A stretch of DNA of 64,000 nucleotides from Patescibacteria group bacterium (GCA_042571515.1 JBHPHX010000001.1:9508-73507), one strand, 5' to 3'. Positions 27,212 through 35,692 are shown, counted from the stretch's first letter. The notes: generated by a model not told the origin, from the sequence alone. Made by a program: numbers and translations.

Positions 27212-27503
27212 TTTGTATGTCCTCCTTAGCTATAATTAAATACCTAACTAAATTTTCTACTATGTTTAATTTAGTTCTCAAACTTAAAATCTTTAACTCT
27301 GGGAGTTTAAAGGTTTTCAAGTCATAAAACCCTTCTGTTTCGGATTTTATTTTATATGCAAACTTCCTTCTACCCCAATAATCACCTTCCAAAATCTCCC
27401 CACCTAAGTCGGTTATTATTTTAGTAATTTGTTGGGATAATTCTTTTGCGGAATCCTCCCCCTTACTACCCTTTGCAATTGTCATTATTTCGTAAGTTCT
27501 CAT
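27189..27503 (-). CDS. rpsF: 30S ribosomal protein S6
   Basis: MRTYE, WGRRKFAYKI; rpsF-ssb-rpsR order. Confidence 0.95.
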   Translation of the reverse strand: MRTYEIMTIAKGSKGEDSAKELSQQITKIITDLGGEILEGDYWGRRKFAYKIKSETEGFYDLKTFKLPELKILSLRTKLNIVENLVRYLIIAKEDIQNVSKKRK

Positions 27504-27647
27504 ACTTGATTGAGCCAATTATACAAGGCACAATTTGGGCAGTCCATACAGTTGTCTCTAGTTTTACTAGAGACTTAAGCAATGTGGATACTACAACAAA
27601 AAATGAGCACGTGCAACCCTTTTTTCTACCCCTTTTGACACGCTTTT

Positions 27648-27680
27648 AACCAAAATTCCAGTCTAACTAGAATATTGATC
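27648..27680 (+). promoter_or_regulatory. 33-bp motif with palindromic core, also upstream of the RAYT gene
   Basis: 30/33 identical to 43855-43887. Confidence 0.65.
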
Positions 27681-27721
27681 ATTTACTCCCTCTAATCAAA
27701 ATGCTAACAATACAAATACGT

Positions 27722-27791
27722 GGGCCCGAGCCAGGCGGCAAGTCAGGCTTAACACTTTGGCTTTGGGGTTCAATTCCCCTCGGGTCCATCA
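27722..27791 (+). ncRNA. Atypical tRNA/tmRNA-like RNA (G3.U70, loop CU-UAA-CA)
   Basis: GGGCCCGA/TCGGGTCC-A, T-arm GGGG-TTCAATT-CCCC, mini D arm, extended anticodon-like stem. Confidence 0.75.
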
Positions 27792-27793
27792 GG

Positions 27794-27822
27794 TTGACAA
27801 AAAGGTTGTTAACTAATACAAT
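27794..27822 (+). promoter_or_regulatory. Near-consensus sigma70 promoter
   Basis: TTGACA-17-TACAAT. Confidence 0.8.
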
Positions 27823-27828
27823 GGGTAC

Positions 27829-27881
27829 GTTAAGTCTGACACAATTGCCGCCAGGTAAAGCCCTCGGTTGAGGGCTTTTTT
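27829..27881 (+). ncRNA. Small RNA complementary to the upstream tRNA-like RNA
   Basis: Promoter, 12-bp + 8-bp complementarity to 27734-27753, terminator AAAGCCCTC/GAGGGCTTT-T. Confidence 0.7.
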
Positions 27882-27882
27882 G

Positions 27883-28872
27883 TTACACGTTAAACTTAAA
27901 ATTCACCACATCTCCATCTTGCATAACATAATTTTTGCCTTCTAAACGCAAAACTCCAGCTTCTCTCGACTCTTTCCAATTCTTGAAATCATCATACGAA
28001 ACTACTTCGGCTTTTATAAATCCCCTTTCAAAATCTGTGTGAATTACACCAGCCGCTTGTAAAGCAGAGGTACCATTTTTAATGGTCCAGGCCCTTAATT
28101 CTTGTGATTTAGTTGTAAAAAATGTTTGGAGGTTTAATAGTTTGTAGCTTTCCTGAATTACAGTATCTAACCCCGACTTACTTAGACCCAACTCTTTTTT
28201 TTCTTCATCGGTCAATTCAGCCTCCAATTTTGCACAAATTTTGACAAAATTCGGATTATTTTGCTCCAAATTGCTTTCGTCCACATTCAAAACCAACAAT
28301 TCAGGTTTGATTGATAACAAATTTAACTCATTTATTACCTTTTGCTCTTCATTATCATATGTTTCGCCATTGAGTTTCTCGCTATTTTCCAGCATATCTT
28401 TAACTTTTTGAAGTAAATTTTTGTTTTCTTTGTCATTTTCCATTCTCTTCTCTACTGTTTGAAGATCTGCCAGTAGTAATTCCGTTCTAACTGTATCCAA
28501 ATCATCCTCTGGCGAAATGGATCCAGTTTTTGACACATTTGGGTCTGAGAAATCTCGCAATACATGAATTACTGCATCTACTTCTCTAATGTGAGCCAGA
28601 AATTGATTTCCCAACCCCTCCCCTTTGTGCGCATCTTTAACAATTCCTGCAATATCAATGAACTTTGCTACCGCGGGGGTTACTTTCCTTGGTTGCACAA
28701 TTTCTCTGAGTTCTCCTAGGCGTTTGTCTGGTACTTCCACCACGCCGACATTCGGTTGGATAGTAGTAAAAGGATAGTTGGCAACAAGTGCAGCCTGGCG
28801 TTTGAGTAACGCGTTAAATAGAGTGGATTTCCCCACATTTGGTAGACCAATTATTCCTATTGATAGTGACAT
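27883..28872 (-). CDS. ychF: Ribosome-binding ATPase YchF
   Basis: GLPNVGKST, ANYPFTTI, DIAG, GLGNQFL, IHTDFERGFI. Confidence 0.97.
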   Translation of the reverse strand: MSLSIGIIGLPNVGKSTLFNALLKRQAALVANYPFTTIQPNVGVVEVPDKRLGELREIVQPRKVTPAVAKFIDIAGIVKDAHKGEGLGNQFLAHIREVDAVIHVLRDFSDPNVSKTGSISPEDDLDTVRTELLLADLQTVEKRMENDKENKNLLQKVKDMLENSEKLNGETYDNEEQKVINELNLLSIKPELLVLNVDESNLEQNNPNFVKICAKLEAELTDEEKKELGLSKSGLDTVIQESYKLLNLQTFFTTKSQELRAWTIKNGTSALQAAGVIHTDFERGFIKAEVVSYDDFKNWKESREAGVLRLEGKNYVMQDGDVVNFKFNV

Positions 28873-28902
28873 ACGGGGGTATTGTAGCAGTTTTTAAGCA
28901 AC

Positions 28903-28966
28903 AAAAAAGGAGTACCGCGCGAAGGCTACGTGTGAGTTAACACAACGTAACACCTAACGGTACTCC
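28903..28966 (-). terminator. Long hairpin with U6 tail
   Basis: GGAGTACCG/CGGTACTCC then TTTTTT. Confidence 0.7.
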
Positions 28967-28984
28967 CTACTGGTACGTAGACAT
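28967..28984 (-). other. Candidate minigene MSTYQ*
   Basis: SD AGAAAGGAG, 7-nt spacer, ATG TCT ACG TAC CAG TAG. Confidence 0.45.
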
Positions 28985-29017
28985 ATAAATTCTCCTTTCT
29001 CTATGTCTAAATAATCC

Positions 29018-29097
29018 AGCCTGAGCTTCCCAGGAGGGACTCGAACCCACAACCCGCGGCTTTGGAGGCCACTGCTCTACCGTTGAGCTACTCAGGA
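29018..29097 (-). tRNA. Aberrant or pseudo tRNA with CCA (Trp) anticodon
   Basis: Normal D arm, GTGGC-CTCCAAA-GCCGC, TTCGA; acceptor stem pairs well only if 8 nt loop out. Confidence 0.65.
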
Positions 29098-29120
29098 TTT
29101 TTTATTTCAAACCAATAAAG

Positions 29121-29196
29121 CTGGGGAGGTAGGATTCGAGCCTACGATCTTCGGCTCTGGAGGCCGATGTCCTAAGCCAGACTAGACCACTCCCCA
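29121..29196 (-). tRNA. Atypical tRNA with CCA (Trp) anticodon and Gln-like acceptor
   Basis: TGGGGAG/CTCCCCA-G, TCGGC-CTCCAGA-GCCGA, T-loop CTCGAAT, no encoded CCA end. Confidence 0.8.
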
Positions 29197-29242
29197 ATTT
29201 CCAACCCAAACCAATAAACGAGGTGCTTTCTGGATCTACCCC

Positions 29243-29473
29243 CTACATTATGTAGTGGCTCACTGATTCGTCGATATGTTTCTGTAAAGTAAAAATTCTG
29301 TGTTCGACACTTGCTCCCTGCCTCTTTCCTGATTTTTCCATTTCTTTGAGAAACGCAGGATCTACTTCTTTAAAGAGAGTTGTAAACCCGTCACTGGTTG
29401 TGGCAAGGATGTGAACCTTATTTATACTATGCAAAAATCTAACGTGTTTTAAGGTGGTTTGTCGTGGAAGCAT
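29243..29473 (-). CDS. 76-aa hypothetical protein
   Basis: SD AAGGAG; TATAAT at 29511-29516. Confidence 0.6.
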   Translation of the reverse strand: MLPRQTTLKHVRFLHSINKVHILATTSDGFTTLFKEVDPAFLKEMEKSGKRQGASVEHRIFTLQKHIDESVSHYIM

Positions 29474-29518
29474 AAGCTTCTCTCCTTATCTAAGATTTAA
29501 AGTCTGGGGTATTATACA

Positions 29519-29923
29519 CTATTGTGTTGGTAAACGCTTCCAAAGCTCTGGTTTTAACAGTCTCCAAACAGGCTCCGCAAAAGTGCCCGTTAACCGCGTG
29601 CCATCTTCAGCCGTACCTTCAATTATGGCCATACCTCTTCTATTTTTAGGTTCCAATATAACTCTACCCTTCTTGAAATCAGTAAGGTCATACGATGATT
29701 GAAACTTAAACTCTTGAACTCTTCCTTCCGCCCCCCTAGCTCTGGGGTCTATTGGTAAATCAGATGTTATTTCGGCGTACCCTTCTTCTTCTAAAATGGG
29801 TAAATTCTCTTGGCACTCCTCAAAAGTAGCAGTATTGTCTAGAATTTTAGACAGAAAAGCTGCTTGGGCCTCTAAATTCCCGGGCCCAACCACGGCATCG
29901 TAAACCGGCTGTTTTCCATTCAT
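29519..29923 (-). CDS. Hypothetical protein
   Basis: 134-aa ORF; TAATAT 6 nt before ATG. Confidence 0.7.
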   Translation of the reverse strand: MNGKQPVYDAVVGPGNLEAQAAFLSKILDNTATFEECQENLPILEEEGYAEITSDLPIDPRARGAEGRVQEFKFQSSYDLTDFKKGRVILEPKNRRGMAIIEGTAEDGTRLTGTFAEPVWRLLKPELWKRLPTQ

Positions 29924-29993
29924 GTTCTAATATTAACACAAAGAAAAAACCCGGGCGATGTGTAAAACCCCACCCGGGTGGTCGTATTCAACT

Positions 29994-30476
29994 CTAATCA
30001 TCCATAGGGCTGGGGCCGTCATAGACCTTTGTGAACCCATCCTTAGCACCTTTGTCCCGCAATTTAGAAGCTAATTTATTTATTATCTTCGGCACATAAA
30101 CCAAGGAAGAGAAAGCAAAAAAGCCTAGGATGAAGTATCCCATCACTGCTTCGGTACCAAAGCTTCTGGTAACTATTACCAAAAAGGATACAATTATCGC
30201 TAGGGCTACAAATACTAGGGAAAGTATATTAGCAACTAGCCAACCTACATCGTCGGTTAATGTTCCCTCATACTCTCCTTCCCACCAAAGGGTATAACAA
30301 CGCAGGAGCAACAACAAAAAGAGCCAGATCATAATTATCCAATTAATCGCCACAGGGCCAAGTTCACCTCCTATAATGAAAAGACCCGTGACAAGCCAAA
30401 AAATGGCCAAAAAGACTATTAATACCATTAATAACCAAAAGGCCTTGGTTACCGTTTCCCATTTTCTTAACACCAC
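29994..30476 (-). CDS. 4-TM hypothetical membrane protein
   Basis: SD AAGGAGGT; downstream hairpin with U-run. Confidence 0.75.
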   Translation of the reverse strand: MVLRKWETVTKAFWLLMVLIVFLAIFWLVTGLFIIGGELGPVAINWIIMIWLFLLLLLRCYTLWWEGEYEGTLTDDVGWLVANILSLVFVALAIIVSFLVIVTRSFGTEAVMGYFILGFFAFSSLVYVPKIINKLASKLRDKGAKDGFTKVYDGPSPMDD

Positions 30477-30611
30477 ACACCTCCTTATTTAATATGATTA
30501 TTCGAATATGTTGGTCATATTATATCCTAGATTGTAGCTTTAGTGCAAAGAAAAAACCCGGATAAGTAGTTAATTATCCGGGTATTAGCCACTATCTCAT
30601 TAGCGTCTCAC

Positions 30612-31055
30612 CTAAGCACGTGATCCCATATACTCAACCAGCTTCTCAACAGCAAAGTCATAAAATAAGACACACACTGCGAAAAGTGAGAACCCTTGGA
30701 CTATGGCTATCAAATAGACCCAGGAGCCCAGAGGTATAAAATAGGAAAGGAAAAAACCAAGCAAGGCAGCCAAACAAGAGATTGATTCGCCAACTACCCC
30801 TGCAACCAAAAATCTTTTTAATTTGGGATTCCCTGTATACTTGGCAGGCACTGAGTACTCCTTGTCGAAGGCATCCCACTGACTTGGAGCAACGTTGTAA
30901 TAAAAGGTTACTGATAGAGATGCTACTATACTAAACCAAGCCCACCTCAATGTAATTAAGTTGGTGGCAAGCTGACCTGAACTAACAATAACCAGGGTTG
31001 ATATGTAGGCTACAATACCCAATAACACTGAAACATGTCCCCAATATTTCTTCAC
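30612..31055 (-). CDS. 4-TM hypothetical membrane protein
   Basis: SD AAAGGAGGTG + GTG; downstream ACCCGGATAA/TTATCCGGGT terminator. Confidence 0.75.
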   Translation of the reverse strand: MKKYWGHVSVLLGIVAYISTLVIVSSGQLATNLITLRWAWFSIVASLSVTFYYNVAPSQWDAFDKEYSVPAKYTGNPKLKRFLVAGVVGESISCLAALLGFFLSYFIPLGSWVYLIAIVQGFSLFAVCVLFYDFAVEKLVEYMGSRA

Positions 31056-31140
31056 GAAACACCTCCTTTGTGGTGTCTAATAACGAACCTGAAACGCTTA
31101 TGTTGGTTATAGTATATCAAAATCTGGTATTATTTACCTA

Positions 31141-33066
31141 ATGCCTAGAAAAATTTTAGTCACTACCCTAATACTATTGTTTCTCTTTCCAAAAACTGTC
31201 CTTGCGGGTTCCACTCCCCCGGTCACTACCTACATCCAAACCCCCTCCTCACCTGATGGAAACAACGGTTGGTACGTATCCCCCGTGGAATTTGATCTCA
31301 CCTCTACAGACCTGGAAAGTGGTGTAAAAGAGCTAAACTACAGGGTAGATGGAGGCACTTGGCAAAAAGTAGAATACGCCGACTCGCTAAACCTCGTCAC
31401 TAACCCAAGCTTTGAAGCATCGGACGGATCTAGCCCTACAGGCTTGTATGCTTGGGGTGCAAGCGTTGAAGATGAGTATGTAACCTACTCCCAAGACGCC
31501 ACTACATATCTATCCGGGTTTGAAACCTCAAGTGCAAAAACTGTCACCACACAAGGAACCTGGCATGGGATAAATAATAAAGATGCATTTGCAGTTGCCA
31601 CGCCATATGGCAATATGACAGCAACTGTTTGGTTAAAAACCGACAGTGTTATCGAAACCGCATTTTACAAAATATATGTGGTCTCACAAGATGAATTTGA
31701 GCAAATAACCTACGTTGAACTCCTTCAAAGCTCAGCCTTAACCGGAACCAATGACTGGACTAAAATTTCCACTAACTTTATTGTCAACAATGCTGACGCA
31801 ATTGGTGTATACATAGATATTGGTTTGACTGGAAGTGGTACAGTTTGGGCAGACGCTATCTCTATCAGTGAGGCTATCACGTCTGCTAACACAGCTGTTA
31901 CAGTCTCTACTGACAACGAAAACCATCTTCTCGAGTTTTATGCAGTCGATCATGCCAACAATATTGAAAACACTCAATCTGTATCTTTTAAAATTGACCA
32001 AACCCCTCCAAATAATTGGTATAATTCAGGGGCGTATAGGGGTTTGGGTGGTGGTGCTGAGCACGAAGTTTATGTATACACAACTGTAACAGATCCTACA
32101 TCTGGACTCTCAATACTCACAAGCAGATACCAATATCATACAAGTAGAAATCCAGGGTTTGGCCACTTCACCTCTATTTTGGGATGTAACACAGACTGGA
32201 ATTCAGATGGGTGGATAGACTTACTAACTTCCCCTTCCACACCAGGAGTCACCGAAACTGATTTAGTAACTCAAAAAACAGATTTCTGTGACAGTAACTG
32301 GAAAGTATGCAAAACTGTCAAATTCTACGCTGAAGATATGGCTGGAAACACCTCTTATAAGGAGTTTTGTATAAATGGGCCTTGGATAAGTCTGGAGGGA
32401 GAAGGTAACGTGCGGTCTGACTACACTATAGACATGGTAGCGGAAGCAGATGAGGACAACACAGACGGTTTAGTCGAAACTGGGCAAAGTTCTATTAACT
32501 TTTTTACTTCTTCTAGGGATTGGTACGCAAAAAATACTACTTCCCCAGAAGCACAGGACTATAGCTCTTTATTTTCGGTAACAACTAGCAAAACTGATTT
32601 CTCAGAAGATTTGGTAAGTGAAGGGGGCGTGTACGAACACAATGGAAATTTCACAGTTGATAACCAAAGCACGCCCAACGACTACGATAATAATACCTTT
32701 GATCAAATTGTTTTCATTGATGGAGATTTAGCAATAGAAACAAACATCACGGTAGACGAAACCTCCACTGCGCTTTTTGTTGTGAGTGGGAATATAAATA
32801 TATCAAAAACCGTAGACACCGTGGAAGTTGGTTTAATTGCAGATGGGGATATCTACACAGCCTATGATATCTCAGAAGACGAGGCAACAAAAACGCTAAA
32901 TCTAAAAGGAATTTACATTGCAGAAAAAATTAACTTGCAACGAACTTCTCAAGGAGCAAATGACAACAAAGATCCCTCCGAGGCATTCACATTTGAACCC
33001 AAATACCTAATCCAACTCAAGGAGTTTTTCAAAACAAGTCATGTTCGTTGGGAAAGCGTAGAATAA
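31141..33066 (+). CDS. Secreted beta-rich surface protein (Ig-like and carbohydrate-binding-like modules)
   Basis: Signal peptide, GNNGWY, NLVTNPSFE...WADAI, YAVDHANNIE, Thr/Asp-rich. Confidence 0.8.
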   Translation: MPRKILVTTLILLFLFPKTVLAGSTPPVTTYIQTPSSPDGNNGWYVSPVEFDLTSTDLESGVKELNYRVDGGTWQKVEYADSLNLVTNPSFEASDGSSPTGLYAWGASVEDEYVTYSQDATTYLSGFETSSAKTVTTQGTWHGINNKDAFAVATPYGNMTATVWLKTDSVIETAFYKIYVVSQDEFEQITYVELLQSSALTGTNDWTKISTNFIVNNADAIGVYIDIGLTGSGTVWADAISISEAITSANTAVTVSTDNENHLLEFYAVDHANNIENTQSVSFKIDQTPPNNWYNSGAYRGLGGGAEHEVYVYTTVTDPTSGLSILTSRYQYHTSRNPGFGHFTSILGCNTDWNSDGWIDLLTSPSTPGVTETDLVTQKTDFCDSNWKVCKTVKFYAEDMAGNTSYKEFCINGPWISLEGEGNVRSDYTIDMVAEADEDNTDGLVETGQSSINFFTSSRDWYAKNTTSPEAQDYSSLFSVTTSKTDFSEDLVSEGGVYEHNGNFTVDNQSTPNDYDNNTFDQIVFIDGDLAIETNITVDETSTALFVVSGNINISKTVDTVEVGLIADGDIYTAYDISEDEATKTLNLKGIYIAEKINLQRTSQGANDNKDPSEAFTFEPKYLIQLKEFFKTSHVRWESVE

Positions 33067-33067
33067 T

Positions 33068-34447
33068 CTATAATTTTCTTCTTACCTTATACCCCTCTTT
33101 TGTGTCCTCAACAAGATAGCCTAACTCACTAGCTTCCTTCCTAAGTTGGTCTGCCTTATCCCAAATCCCGCTTTGTTTGTAATCCCATCTCATTTTTGCT
33201 ATATCTTTAACCTTCTGTGGAATCTCATATCCCACATGATCCCCCAAATTCAACCCCAAAACCTCATCCATTTTCAACAAGGTCTTTATTTTTACAGGTT
33301 CCTCAACTTCGCTTTTAAGAAGCTCCCAAACCACCGCTATGGCCTTAGGCATATTAAAATCAGAGTTAACTGCTAAGGTAAACTTCTGTATAAGCTCGTC
33401 GTTTACTTCTGCGTATTCGCTTTCCTTGTAGCCTGAAACTAGATCATATAGTTTTTTAAGGGAGTTGTGTGCACTTTGTAGTGATTCCCAAGTAAAGTTT
33501 AGAGGCGATCTATAGTGTGCAGTCATATAGAAAAAGCGTATATCCATGGGGGTATATCCCCTATTAACAACATCTTCCAGCGTGTAACCTGTACCTTGAC
33601 TTTTTGCCATCCCGCCGCCATCTACTTGCAAGTGGGTTACATGAACCCAGTATTTGGAGAGGGGTTTTTCGTTGGCACATACGCTTTGGGCGATTTCATT
33701 GGGGTGATGGGGCATCCTGTGATCTTCTCCTCCAAGATGTATATCTATGGTAATCCCAAGCTCTTTTCTTACCATCGCGCTACACTCGATATGCCAACCC
33801 GGGTACCCTTTCCCCCATGGAGAATCGTATTCCTGCCATCTTTGCTGGTCTACTGGAGAGAACTTCCACAGGGCGAAGTCCGCCTGGTTCTTTTTGTCTG
33901 GATTTGGCCTAACCCTAGCCCCCTCCTGCACGTTTTCAATGTCTAACCCAAATTGCTTGCCATAATCATCATATTTGCTGGTGTCAAAATACACCCCGTC
34001 TACGGTTTTATAAATATATCCCTTGTTCTCCAAATCCTGGATCATTTCGATTTGCTCTGCAATATAATCTGTAGCACGGGTAAAAATGGCGGGTCTGTGC
34101 ATGTTTAGAGCCTCGAAGTCTTTTTTGAAAGCTTTTATATAGAAATCCGCTACATCCCTAGCACTTTTACCTTCTCTTTCGGCAGCAACTTCCATCTTAT
34201 CATCACCGTCGTCTCCATCATCTGTGAGATGTCCCAAGTCTGTAAGATTCATAACAAATTTGACGTTGTAGTCATTGAATCTAAGGGTTCTTAAGATAAT
34301 ATCGCTTGTAAAAAAGGTTCTAAAGTTACCAATATGTGCAAAGTCATAGGCCGTGGGGCCACAAGTGTACATTAAAACCTCATCCTGATTTATAGGGCTG
34401 AATTCTTCGACTTGTTTGGATGAGGAGTTATATATATTCAAAGACAT
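33068..34447 (-). CDS. cysS: Cysteine--tRNA ligase
   Basis: YTCGPT..AHIGN, DFALWK, PGWHIECS, HHPNEIAQ. Confidence 0.97.
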   Translation of the reverse strand: MSLNIYNSSSKQVEEFSPINQDEVLMYTCGPTAYDFAHIGNFRTFFTSDIILRTLRFNDYNVKFVMNLTDLGHLTDDGDDGDDKMEVAAEREGKSARDVADFYIKAFKKDFEALNMHRPAIFTRATDYIAEQIEMIQDLENKGYIYKTVDGVYFDTSKYDDYGKQFGLDIENVQEGARVRPNPDKKNQADFALWKFSPVDQQRWQEYDSPWGKGYPGWHIECSAMVRKELGITIDIHLGGEDHRMPHHPNEIAQSVCANEKPLSKYWVHVTHLQVDGGGMAKSQGTGYTLEDVVNRGYTPMDIRFFYMTAHYRSPLNFTWESLQSAHNSLKKLYDLVSGYKESEYAEVNDELIQKFTLAVNSDFNMPKAIAVVWELLKSEVEEPVKIKTLLKMDEVLGLNLGDHVGYEIPQKVKDIAKMRWDYKQSGIWDKADQLRKEASELGYLVEDTKEGYKVRRKL

Positions 34448-34596
34448 ATTAGTATGATAAATGGAAATATTGATTATGTAAAGCAAAAAGCCGATGCTTC
34501 GCAATCAAAACATCGGCTTTTACATCCCGGAACCATATTAACTAAACCACGACACCCAAGGTGGGCGTGATGAGTTAAACAGCTCCAGAAAACCCT

Positions 34597-34710
34597 CTAG
34601 TTTACCTTTTCTAAGAAAATATACATATATATACCCACCTCGCAAAGAGACACGATGAATCCCACAATGGGCATTATGGTATCTATCATCTCCCTACTCA
34701 TGCCGTTCAC
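34597..34710 (-). CDS. 37-aa single-TM microprotein
   Basis: SD AGGAGGTG; GTG overlaps the stop of 34707-35012. Confidence 0.5.
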   Translation of the reverse strand: MNGMSREMIDTIMPIVGFIVSLCEVGIYMYIFLEKVN

Positions 34711-35012
34711 AACTCACCTCCTAAATTATTTTCTACTCCCATCGTTTTTTTCCTCTTTCGTTCATACCAATACAAAAAGGGGAAAATGGTGGCAACACAG
34801 AAACGAAATACCCATGGTATGCTATAACCCGTTTCCAACAATACAACTCTTTCAAGTGAAAGTTGGAGCTGATATCCATAGAATATCCACACAAGAAAAA
34901 TAATGGTTAGTGCAAATTCATTGCGGACTCGTCTAGTCCAATGGGCAACAAGCATACTAAGAACAACAGCAAAGGGCGCAGACAACAAGGTTAAGCTCAC
35001 CCAATCGTCCAT
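34707..35012 (-). CDS. Small 3-TM membrane protein
   Basis: SD GAGGAGGT; hydrophobic. Confidence 0.7.
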   Translation of the reverse strand: MDDWVSLTLLSAPFAVVLSMLVAHWTRRVRNEFALTIIFLVWIFYGYQLQLSLERVVLLETGYSIPWVFRFCVATIFPFLYWYERKRKKTMGVENNLGGEL

Positions 35013-35085
35013 AATTTAACCTCCTCATTAACTAAAATCCAACCAAATAATCCAATTTGTATGAATATTACCACACTTTTTATTT

Positions 35086-35685
35086 TTATATTTGGAAGTC
35101 TTTGCGGCCCTCAAGCGCACGAGAAAGCGTGATGTCATCTGCATACTCAATGTCTCCCCCAACAGGGAGCCCCCTTGCAATTCTTGTAATCCTCACCTCA
35201 GGTTGTTTCTCTTTCACTTGTTTTGCAATATACATTGCTGTAGACTCTCCCTCCATACTTGAATTTGTAGCCAAAATAATCTCAGTTTGCCCATTTAATC
35301 TATCCATAAGTCCACTAATAAAAAGCTCCTCTGGCCCAACACTATTTAATGGATCAATTAGTCCGTGCAGCACGTGGTACAAGCCTTTAAAGCCTGTTTT
35401 TTCCAGTGCAAAAGTGTCCAGTGGATGCGCAACCACAATTATAATTTCCAAATCTCTGGAAGTATCATCACAAACACTACACTCATCGTTCTCTGAGATA
35501 TTTTTACAAATAGAACATAGCTTAGTTTTGTTTTTCAGCTCTAATAATGACTTGGAAAAGTTATCCAAATACTCCTGTGGGAAATGGAGCAAATGAAAAG
35601 TAAGTCTTTGGGCCGTCTTGGGACCCACCCCAGGCAGGCTTTGGAACGAATCAATTAGTCTTGTAATAGCGCGTGGAATTTTCAC
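35086..35685 (-). CDS. recR: Recombination mediator RecR
   Basis: LPGVGPKTAQR, C4 finger, YHVLHG, EGESTA, PVGGDIEYAD. Confidence 0.97.
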   Translation of the reverse strand: MKIPRAITRLIDSFQSLPGVGPKTAQRLTFHLLHFPQEYLDNFSKSLLELKNKTKLCSICKNISENDECSVCDDTSRDLEIIIVVAHPLDTFALEKTGFKGLYHVLHGLIDPLNSVGPEELFISGLMDRLNGQTEIILATNSSMEGESTAMYIAKQVKEKQPEVRITRIARGLPVGGDIEYADDITLSRALEGRKDFQI

Positions 35686-35692
35686 TTCAATA

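Noticed and set aside
27821-27871. ORF MGTLSLTQLPPGKALG
   Set aside because: ATG overlaps the -10 box, so it lies upstream of the expected transcript start; no SD
29018-29196. UGA reassignment (code 4 or 25)
   Set aside because: Anticodons are CCA, not UCA, and TGA ends genes such as ruvC, frr and def
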